From positions 15,404,550 to 15,437,324 of the forward strand of contig NC_090404.1 of assembly GCF_036365525.1 (NCBI RefSeq): a stretch of DNA of 32,775 nt, in the 5' to 3' direction. The notes under the pieces are model-generated. The model made no database searches. It was not told the DNA's origin and worked only from the letters and a program-made list of their open reading frames with translations. The position numbers and the translations under genes were made by a program. Positions 22,575-32,775 of this stretch are shown here, piece by piece. Source of the DNA: Heterodontus francisci (lineage: Eukaryota). Each line of letters opens with the position of its first letter. Position 1 is the first letter of the stretch.

Positions 22575-25500
22575 ATCTCTCCCATATCCCTGTATCATTC
22601 CAAACTAATCTCACTGCCCACTCTCTCCGCATCGCCCGTATCAATCCCAAACTAATCCCACTGCCCAACTCTCTCCCCATAGTCCTGCATCAATCCCAAA
22701 CTAATCCCACTGTCCCACTCTCTCCCCATAGTCCAGCATCAATCCTAAACTAATCCCACTGCCCCACTCTCTCCTCATATTCCTGTATCAATCCCAAACT
22801 AATCCCACTGCCCCACTCTCTCCCCATAGCCCTGTATCAATCCCAAACTAATCCCACTGCCCACTCTCTCCGCATAGTCCTGCATCAATCCCAAACTAAT
22901 CCCACTGTCCCACTCTCTCCCCATAGTCCTGTATCAATCCCAAACTAATCCCACTGCCCCACTCTCTCCTCATATTCCTGCATCAATCCCAAACTAATCC
23001 CACTGTCCCACTCTCTCCCCATAGCCCTGTATCAATCCCAAACTAATCCCACTGTCCCACTCTCTCCCCATAGCCCTGTATCAATCCCAAACTAATCCCA
23101 CTGCCCCTCTCTCTCCCCATTGCCCTGTATCAATCCCAAACTAATCCCACTGTCCCACTCTCTCCCCATAGTCCTGCATCAATCCCAAACTAATCCCACT
23201 GTCCCACTCTCTCCCCATAGTCCTGCATCAATCCTAAACTAATCCCACTGCCCCACTCTCTCCTCATATTCCTGCATCAATCCCAAACTAATCCCACTGT
23301 CCCACTCTCTCCTCATATTCCTGTATCAATCCCAAACTAATCCCACTGCCCCACTCTCTCCTCATATTCCTGCATCAATCCCAAACTAATCCCACTGTCC
23401 CACTCTCTCCTCATATTCCTGTATCAATCCCAAACTAATCCCACTGCCCACTCTCTCCGCATAGTCCTGCATCAATCCCAAACTAATCCCACTGCCCCAC
23501 TCTCTCCTCATATTCCTGCATCAATCCCAAACTAATCCCACTGCCCCACTCTCTCCCCATAGCCCTGTATCAATCCCAAACTAATCCCACTGTCCCATTC
23601 TCTCCCCATAGCCCTGTATCAATCCCAAACTAATCCCACTGTCCCACTCTCTCCCCATAGTCCTGTATCAATCTCAAACTAATCCCACTGTCCCACTCTC
23701 TCCCCATAGCCCTGTATCAATCTCAAACTAATCCCACTGCCCCACTCTCTCCCCATAGCCCTGTATCAATCCCAAACTAATCCCCACTGCCCCACTCACT
23801 CCCCATAGCCCTGTATCGATCCCAAACTAATCCCACTGCCCCACTCTCTCCCCATAGTCCTGTATCAATCCCAAACTAATCCCACTGCCCCACTCTCTCC
23901 CCATAGCCCTGTATCAATCTGAAACTAATCCCACTGCCCCACTCTCTCCCCATAGCCCTGTATCAATCCCAAACTAATCCCACTGCCCCACTCTCTCCCC
24001 ATAGCCCTGTATCAATCTGAAACTAATCCCACTGTCCCACTCTCTCCCCATAGCCCTGTATCAATCCCAAACTAATCCCACTGCCCCACTCTCTCCCCAT
24101 AGCCCTGTATCAATCTGAAACTAATCCCACTGTCCCACTCTCTCCCCATAGCCCTGCATCAATCCCAAACTAATCCCACTGCCCACTCTCTCCGCATAGC
24201 CCTGTATCAATCTCAAACTAATCCCACTGTCCCACTCTCTCCCCATAGCCCTGTATCAATCTGAAACTAATCCCACTGCCCCACTATCTCCCCATAGTCC
24301 TGTATCAATCCCAAACTAATCCCACTGCCCCACTCTCTCCCCATAGCCCTGTATCAATCTGAAACTAATCCCACTGTCCCACTCTCTCCCCATAGCCCTG
24401 TATCAATCCCAAACTAATCCCACTGTCCCACTCTCTCCCCATAGTCCTGCATCAATCCCAAACTAATCCCACTGTCCCACTCTCTCCCCATAGCCCTGTA
24501 TCAATCCCAAACTAATCCCACTGTCCCACTCTCTCCCCATAGTCCTGTATCAATCCCAAACTAATCCCACTGCCCCACTCTCTCCCCATAGTCCTGTATC
24601 AATCCCAAACTAATCCCACTGCCCCACTCTCTCCCCATAGCCCTGTATCAATCTGAAACTAATCCCACTGTCCCACTCTCTCCCCATAGTCCTGTATCAA
24701 TCCCAAACTAATCCCACTGCCCCACTCTCTCCCCATAGCCCTGTATCAATCTGAAACTAATCCCACTGCCCACTCTCTCCCCATAGCCCTGTATCAATCC
24801 CAAACTAATCCCACTGCCCACTCTCTCCCCATAGCCCTGTATCAATCCCAAACTAATCCCACTGCCCCACTCTCTCCCCATAGCCCTGTATCAATCTGAA
24901 ACTAATCCCACTGTCCCACTCTCTCCCCATAGTCCTGCATCAATCCCAAACTAATCCCACTGCCCACTCTCTCCCCATAGCCCTGTATCAATCCCAAACT
25001 AATCCCACTGCCCCACTCTCTCCTCATATTCCTGTATCAATCCCAAACTAATCCCACTGCCCCACTCTCTCCCCATAGCCCTGTATCAATCCAAACTAAT
25101 CCCACTGCCCACTCTCTCCGCATAGTCCTGCATCAATCCCAAACTAATCCCACTGCCCCACTCTCTCCTCATATTCCTGCATCAATCCCAAACTAATCCC
25201 ACTGCCCCACTCTCTCCCCATAGCCCTGTATCAATCCCAAACTAATCCCACTGTCCCACTCTCTCCCCATAGTCCTGTATCAATCCCAAACTAATCCCAC
25301 TGCCCCACTCTCTCCCCATAGCCCTGTATCAATCTCAAACTAATCCCACTGTCCCACTCTCTCCCCATAGCCCTGTATCAATCCCAAACTAATCCCACTG
25401 TCCCACTCTCTCCCCATAGTCCTGTATCAATCCCAAACTAATCCCACTGCCCCACTCTCTCCCCATAGCCCTGTATCAATCTCAAACTAATCCCACTGTC

Positions 25501-28500
25501 CCACTCTCTCCCCATAGCCCTGTATCAATCCCAAACTAATCCCACTGTCCCACTCTCTCCCCATAGTCCTGTATCAATCTCAAACTAATCCCACTGCCCC
25601 ACTCTCTCCCCATAGCCCTGTATCAATCTGAAACTAATCCCACTGCCCCACTCTCTCCCCATAGCCCTGTATCAATCCCAAACTAATCCCACTGCCCACT
25701 CTCTCCGCATAGTCCTGCATCAATCCCAAACTAATCCCACTGCCCCACTCTCTCCCCATAGCCCTGTATCAATCCCAAACTAATCCCACTGCCCACTCTC
25801 TCCGCATAGTCCTGCATCAATCCCAAACTAATCCCACTGCCCCACTCTCTCCCCATAGTCCTGTATCAATCTGAAACTAATCCCACTGCCCCACTCTCTC
25901 CCCATAGTCCTGTATCAATCTCAAACTAATCCCACTGTCCCACTCTCTCCCCATAGCCCTGTATCAATCTCAAACTAATCCCACTGCCCCACTCTCTCCC
26001 CATAGCCCTGTATCAATCTGAAACTAATCCCACTGCCCCACTCTCTCCCCATAGCCCTGTATCAATCTGAAACTAATCCCACTGCCCCACTCTCTCCCCA
26101 TAGTCCTGTATCAATCTCAAACTAATCCCACTGTCCCACTCTCTCCCCATAGCCCTGTATCAATCTCAAACTAATCCCACTGCCCCACTATCTCCCCATA
26201 GCCCTGTATCAATCTCAAACTAATCCCACTGCCCCACTCTCTCCCCATAGCCCTGTATCAATCTGAAACTAATCCCACTGCCCCACTCTCTCCCCATAGC
26301 CCTGTATCAATCTGAAACTAATCCCACTGCCCCACTCTCTCCCCATAGCCCTGTATCAATCTCAAACTAATCCCACTGCCCCACTCTCTCCCCATAGCCC
26401 TGTATCAATCCCAAACTAATCCCACTGCCCCACTCTCTCCCCATAGCCCTGTATCAATCTGAAACTAATCCCACTGCCCCACTCTCTCCCCATAGCCCTG
26501 TATCAATCTCAAACTAATCCCACTGCCCCACTCTCTCCCCATAGTCCTGTATCAATCTCAAACTAATCCCACTGTCCCACTCTCTCCCCATAGCCCTGTA
26601 TCAATCTCAAACTAATCCCACTGCCCCACTCTCTCCCCATAGCCCTGTATCAATCTGAAACTAATCCCACTGCCCCACTCTCTCCCCATAGCCCTGTATC
26701 AATCTGAAACTAATCCCACTGCCCCACTCTCTCCCCATAGTCCTGTATCAATCTCAAACTAATCCCACTGTCCCACTCTCTCCCCATAGCCCTGTATCAA
26801 TCTCAAACTAATCCCACTGCCCCACTATCTCCCCATAGCCCTGTATCAATCTCAAACTAATCCCACTGCCCCACTCTCTCCCCATAGCCCTGTATCAATC
26901 TGAAACTAATCCCACTGCCCCACTCTCTCCCCATAGCCCTGTATCAATCTGAAACTAATCCCACTGCCCCACTCTCTCCCCATAGCCCTGTATCAATCTC
27001 AAACTAATCCCACTGCCCCACTCTCTCCCCATAGCCCTGTATCAATCTGAAACTAATCCCACTGCCCCACTCTCTCCCCATAGCCCTGTATCAATCTGAA
27101 ACTAATCCCACTGCCCCACTCTCTCCCCATAGTCCTGTATCAATCTCAAACTAATCCCACTGTCCCACTCTCTCCCCATAGCCCTGTATCAATCTCAAAC
27201 TAATCCCACTGCCCCACTATCTCCCCATAGCCCTGTATCAATCTCAAACTAATCCCACTGCCCCACTCTCTCCCCATAGCCCTGTATCAATCTGAAACTA
27301 ATCCCACTGCCCCACTCTCTCCCCATAGCCCTGTATCAATCTGAAACTAATCCCACTGCCCCACTCTCTCCCCATAGCCCTGTATCAATCTCAAACTAAT
27401 CCCACTGCCCCACTCTCTCCCCATAGCCCTGTATCAATCTGAAACTAATCCCACTGTCCCACTCTCTCCCCATAGCCCTGTATCAATCCCAAACTAATCC
27501 CACTGCCCCACTCTCTCCCCATAGCCCTGTATCAATCTGAAACTAATCCCACTGTCCCACTCTCTCCCCATAGCCCTGTATCAATCCCAAACTAATCCCA
27601 CTGTCCCACTCTCTCCCCATAGTCCTGCATCAATCCCAAACTAATCCCACTGTCCCACTCTCTCCCCATAGCCCTGCATCAATCCCAAACTAATCCCACT
27701 GTCCCACTCTCTCCCCATAGCCCTGTATCAATCCCAAACTAATCCCACTGTCCCACTCTCTCCCCATAGTCCTGTATCAATCCCAAACTAATCCCACTGC
27801 CCCACTCTCTCCCCATAGTCCTGTATCAATCCCAAACTAATCCCACTGCCCCACTCTCTCCCCATAGCCCTGTATCAATCTGAAACTAATCCCACTGTCC
27901 CACTCTCTCCCCATAGTCCCGCATCAATCCCAAACTAATCCCACTGCCCACTCTCTCCCCATAGCCCTGTATCAATCCCAAACTAATCCCACTGCCCCAC
28001 TCTCTCCCCATAGCCCTGTATCAATCTGAAACTAATCCCACTGTCCCACTCTCTCCCCATAGTCCTGCATCAATCCCAAACTAATCCCACTGCCCACTCT
28101 CTCCCCATAGCCCTGTATCAATCCCAAACTAATCCCACTGCCCCACTCTCTCCTCATATTCCTGTATCAATCTGAAACTAATCCCACTGCCCCACTCTCC
28201 CCATAGCCCTGTATCAATCTGAAACTAATCCCACTGTCCCACTCTCTCCCCATAGTCCTGCATCAATCCCAAACTAATCCCACTGCCCCACTCTCTCCCC
28301 ATAGCCCTGTATCAATCTGAAACTAATCCCACTGTCCCACTCTCTCCCATAGCCCTGTATCAATCTGAAACTAATCCCCACTGCCCCACTCTCTCCCCAT
28401 AGCCCTGTATCAATCCCAAACTAATCCCACTGCCCCACTCTCTCCCCATAGCCCTGTATCAATCTGAAACTAATCCCACTGCCCCACTCTCTCCCCATAG

Positions 28501-28775
28501 CCCTGTATCAATCTGAAACTAATCTCACTGCCCCACTCTCTCCCCATAGCCCTGTATCAATCCCAAACTAATCCCACTGCCCCACTCTCTCCCCATTGCC
28601 CTGTATCAATCTGAAACTAATCCCACTGCCCCACTCTCTCCCCATAGCCCTGTATCAATCCCAAACTAATCCCACTGCCCCACTCTCTCCTCATATTCCT
28701 GTATCAATCTGAAACTAATCTCACTGCCCCACTCTTTCCCCACAGTCCTGTATCAATCCCAAATTAATCCCACTT
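22575..28775. repeat. 49-bp minisatellite array, about 6.2 kb (roughly 125 units)
   Basis: atcaatcccaaactaatcccactgccccactctctccccatagccctgt with variant units; lies wholly within an hnRNP C intron. Confidence 0.98.
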
Positions 28776-28934
28776 CCCTGATATTTTAAGGTGACACTCC
28801 TGGAGATGTCTGGATCTCACCCCAATCGTCGCCTGATATGATAATTGGAGATGTTGACTAAATCACAGCAGTCAATCTCTATCAATGTGTCTATGACACA
28901 AACATCAAACTCACTAACTCTTCCAGCCCATGGC

Positions 28935-29042
28935 AGACGGCCATTTAGCCTGTTGAAAGAGCTATCCAATTACCCTGACTCATCTGCTCTTACCCCGAGT
29001 ACTGAACTTCACCTTTTCAAATATTTATCCAGCTGCCTTTTA
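28935..29042 (-). mobile_element. Degenerate CR1 3' end fragment
   Basis: Minus strand reads KRQLDKYLKR, then ...taattggatagctctttcaacaggctaaatggccg, typical of a CR1 ORF2 end and 3' UTR. Confidence 0.6.
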
Positions 29043-29128
29043 GTATACAATCAATTGGTGCTTGTCAGGACGGTGTGTGGGGGATGGGTAGACTAATGCC
29101 TCCCTGATGGAAAAGTCTGAAAGCTTAC

Positions 29129-29178
29129 CTGGTTAGCGAAGGAATCTCGTATCCCTCCGACTGCCTGCTTGGGGAGCA
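29129..29178 (-). other. Candidate alternative (cassette) exon of hnRNP C
   Basis: Acceptor atttttttgtgtttctcccacccag and donor CAG|GTAAGC; 50 nt with in-frame TAA, or 36 nt open frame if the AG before 29164 is used. Confidence 0.5.
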
Positions 29179-29271
29179 CTGGGTGGGAGAAACACAAAAA
29201 AATACAGGCATTTGCATTATACCAAACTCGCATCCACAGACCTCCCTTCACTGACTCACAGTGATCCCACT

Positions 29272-30848
29272 TCACAGCTCCTCACACCCACCTGTACAGA
29301 ACTCCTCCCCACACAGCTCCTCACACCCACCTGTACAGGGCTCCCCCCCCACACAGCTCCTCACACCCACCTGTACAGAACTCCTCCCCACACAGCTCCT
29401 CACACCCACCTGTACAGAACTCCTCCTCACACCCACCTGTACAGAACTCCTCTCCACACAGCTCCTCACACCCACCTGTACAGAACTCCTCCCCACACAG
29501 CTCCTCACACCCACCTGTACAGAACTCCTCCTCATACCCACCTGTACAGAACTCCTCTCCACACAGCTCCTCACACCCACCTGTACAGAACTCCTCCCCA
29601 CACAGCTCCTCACACCCACCTGTACAGAACTCCTCCTCACACCCACCTGTACAGAACTCCTCCCCACACAGCTCCTCACACCCACCTGTACAGGGCTCCC
29701 CCCCCACACAGCTCCTCACACCCACCTGTACAGAACTCCTCCCCACACAGCTCCTCACACCCACCTGTACAGGGCTCCCCCCCCCCACACAGCTCCTCAC
29801 ACTCACCTGTACAGAACTCCTCCCCACACAGCTCCTCACACCCACCTGTACAGGGCTCCCCCCCCTCACAGCTCCTCACACCCACCTGTACAGAACTCCT
29901 CCCCACACAGCTCCTCACACCCACCTGTACAGAACTCCTCCCCACACAGCTCCACACACCCACCTGTACAGAACTCCTCCCCACACAGCTCATCACACCC
30001 ACCTGTACAGAACTCCTCCCCACACAGCTCCTCACACCCACCTGTACAGAAGCCCTCCCACACAGCTCCTCACACCCACCTGTACAGGGCTCCTCCCCAA
30101 CACACACACAGCTCCTCACACCTGCCTGTTCAGAGCTCCTCACCAACACACACACACCTCCTCACACCCGGCTGTACAGAACTCCTCCCCACACAGCTCC
30201 ACACACCCACCTGTACAGAACTCCTCCCCACACAGCTCCACACACCCACCTGTACAGAACTCCTCTCCACACAGCTCCTCACACCTGCCTGTACAGAAGC
30301 CCTCCCCACACAGCTCCTCACACACCCACCTGTACAGGGCTCCTCCCCAACACACACACAGCTCCTCACACCTGCCTGTTCAGAGCTCCTCACCAACACA
30401 CACACACCTCCTCACACCGGCTGTACAGAACTCCTCCCCACACAGCTCCACACACCCACCTGTACAGAACTCCTCCCCACACAGCTCCACACACCCACCT
30501 GTACAGAACTCCTCTCCACACAGCTCCTCACACCTGCCTGTACAGGGCTCCCCCCCAACACACACACAGCTCCTCACACCCGCCTGTACAGGGCTCCTCC
30601 CCAACACACACACAGCTCCGCACACCCGCCTGTACAGCACGCCTCCCCACACAGCTCCGCANNNNNNNNNNNNNNNNNNNNNNNNNNNNNNNNNNNNNNN
30701 NNNNNNNNNNNNNNNNNNNNNNNNNNNNNNNNNNNNNNNNNNNNNNNNNNNNNNNNNNNNNNNNNNNNNNNNNNNNNNNNNNNNNNNNNNNNNNNNNNNN
30801 NNNNNNNNNNNNNNNNNNNNNNNNNNNNNNNNNNNNNNGCTCCTCCCC

Positions 30849-30883
<35 letters not shown>

Positions 30884-31115
30884 CTCCTCACACCTGCCTG
30901 TACAGGGCTCCCCCCCTAACACACACACAGCTCCTCACACCTGCCTGTTCAGGGCTCCTCCGCAACACACACAGCTCCTCACACCTGCCTGTTCAGGGCT
31001 CCTCCCCAACACACACAGCTCCTCACACCTGCCTGTACAGGGCTCCTCCCCAACACACACACACACAGCTCCTCACACCTGCCTGTACAGGGCTCCTCAC
31101 ACCTGCCTGTACAGA
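29272..31115. repeat. 39-bp C/A-rich minisatellite with length variants and an N gap (30662-30838)
   Basis: cacacagctcctcacacccacctgtacagaactcctccc repeated. Confidence 0.95.
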
Positions 31116-31448
31116 GCCCTCTGCCCCCAAACAGCTCTGCACGCAAGCCCTCAAAGAGCTCTGGGGAGGGGAGAGTGAGAGACAGAGAGAGGGATGGGCA
31201 GGGGAGGGGGAGACAGAAAGTAGGGTGGGCGGCCAAGGGGACAGGGGGTGAGGGGGGTAGGTGTGAAGTGGGTAGGGGGTGGGGGAGGGGAGGCGGGGAG
31301 GGGTGAGGGGAGGGGAGGAGGGCAGGGGGTGGCGGAGGTGGGAGAATGGAGGAGGGTAGAGCGAGGGGACAACAGAGACACGGATGGAGATTATGGAGCA
31401 GGATGTACAGCCAACAGAACATCCACACTCATCCAGAACCTCTCTTAC

Positions 31449-31499
31449 CTTTCGTAAAAATCACTCCTGTAATAGTCGTAGTCGAGATCGGATGTGGAC
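31449..31499 (-). CDS. HNRNPC: hnRNP C exon (Tyr/Asp-rich linker)
   Basis: tgtcttcacag acceptor, STSDLDYDYYRSDFYE(R), GTAAGA donor; 51 nt, phase 2 to 2; compare human SSFDLDYDFQRDYYDR. Confidence 0.9.
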
Positions 31500-32064
31500 C
31501 TGTGAAGACAGCAGGAGGTCATTTGCAACATGCAAGAAAGGTCTTGGCCACAGCACAGTCTCAGGTGACCAGGAATGTTTCAGAGACGGGGAGCAAATGG
31601 ACAGGGGAGGGAGGGGCAGGGCGTGATGGGGGCAGGGAGGGGCGGGGAGATGGCGCAGCGAAGGACGGGAGGGAGACGGAGCGAGCAAGACACGACTGCC
31701 TTGTGGGAGTGACAGCGAGGTTCAGTCTTGACACCGGACCCCAGTTCACCTCCCCACTGGCCTGCGGGGAGGTGGCAGAGAGGGCGACACACCTCTCTCT
31801 CCACACAACCCCCACTTCAGCTGCTGCTGCCAATCACGGGGACTAGCCCCGGCACCGTCCCTTCAACAGTGGGAGGATAAAGCTGTTTAAACAGGCTGAG
31901 GAGTTGCTAGACTGTGTAAACGGGGTACAAAAGACAAAGAGGCGCAATCCAAAAAAATTTTAAAATCCCGGGTAGGCGCTAGCCTTTGGGTTCACCCAGC
32001 ACACCTTCACATCCACCCAATCCTGTCAGCTGGGGGTGGGGGGAGGGGGGAAATCCTGTGATCC

Positions 32065-32775
32065 TCTCCCCATCAGGAAAGACTGAACAGGCTGGGGTTC
32101 TTTTTTCTGTAAGAGTGAAGGCTGAAGGCTGGCCTGATGGGAGATTTTTTTTTAACATTAGGTTAATAGTGTAGACATCGAAAAAATGTTCCAACTCGTC
32201 GAGGGGACCAGAACCAGGGGCTATAAATATAAGCTGGTGACAAGCCAACAGGGAATTTAAGAGAAATCTCTTTACCCAAAACGTCGGCACAGTGGCGCAG
32301 TGGTTCGCACCGCAGCCTCACAGCTCCAGTGACCCGGGTTCGATTCTGGGTACTGTCTGTGTGGAGTTTGCAAGTTCTCCCTGAGACCGCGTGGGTTTCC
32401 TCCGGGTGCTCCGGTTTCCTCCCACATGCCAAAGACTTGCAGGTTGATAGGTTAATTGGCCATTATAAATTGCCCCTGGTGTAGGTAGGTGGTTGAGGAA
32501 TTGAGGGAAGATGGGGATGTGAGAGGGTGACGGGATTAGTGTAGGATTCGTATAAATGGGTGGTTGATGGTCGGCACTGGCTCGGTGGGCCGAAGGGCCT
32601 GTTTCAGTGCTGTATCTCTAAATAAATAAATAAATAAAAAGTAATGAGAATGTGGAACTCACTACCAGAAGGTGAATAGCAAAGATGCCTTGAAGGGAAA
32701 TCTAGACAAGCACATAAGGGGAGAAAGGAATAGAAGGATTATGGTGATTGGGTGAGACGATGAGGGGTGGGAGGA
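32065..32775 (+). mobile_element. CR1 LINE 3' region interrupted by a SINE
   Basis: agactgaacaggctgggg, aatgttcca, agaaccagggg, tctctttaccca | gagaatgtggaactcactacca, ctagacaagcacata. Confidence 0.75.
32286..32640 (+). mobile_element. HE1-like V-SINE, near full length
   Basis: A box TGGCGCAGTGG (32293-32303), B box GGTTCGATTC (32337-32346), V-domain tgggtttcctccgggtgctccggtttcctcccaca, CR1-type tail gggccgaagggcctgtttcagtgctgtatctc, (TAAA)n end. Confidence 0.9.

Noticed and set aside
20905-28775. CRISPR-like regular repeats
   Set aside because: Head-to-tail units with no unique spacers, no cas genes, vertebrate context.
29212-31251. 679-aa and 552-aa His/Pro/Thr repeat ORFs and Cys-rich antisense ORFs
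   Set aside because: Stop-free 39-bp minisatellite open in several frames on both strands, inside an intron.
32286-32350. tRNA gene
   Set aside because: A and B boxes belong to the SINE head; the sequence continues into the V-domain.
31500-32775. Search for the upstream hnRNP C exons (RRM, DINLAAEPK)
   Set aside because: No matching exon found by eye; presumably beyond the window.

Overview
Vertebrate genomic DNA, very probably a shark or other elasmobranch (HE1-type V-SINE, Deu-domain SINEs, CR1/L2 LINEs, cartilaginous-fish-type Ig light chain V). The ORF track does not resolve either of the two spliced genes, both on the minus strand. (1) The 3' half of an hnRNP C (HNRNPC/RALY family) gene: five coding exons at 31449-31499, 21467-21618, 20597-20710, 19834-19952 and 18735-18818, all with GT-AG boundaries and compatible phases; the RRM exons must lie beyond the right edge. 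(2) About 18 kb downstream, an apparently intact immunoglobulin light-chain-type V gene with octamer/TATA-like promoter (644-703), a 46-nt leader exon (495-540) and a V exon (1-297) cut by the window edge at the expected second cysteine. The rest is retroelements (a three-level L2>CR1>CR1 nest, a solo LTR with a 5-bp TSD, a LINE with an inverted 5' piece), large minisatellites and N gaps. Most notable: the Ig V next to HNRNPC (a TRA/TRD-flanking gene in human), a candidate poison or in-frame cassette exon in HNRNPC, and a 6.2-kb G-rich minisatellite apparently derived from the CR1 ORF2 terminus. All family assignments are from my recollection of these families, not from database searches.
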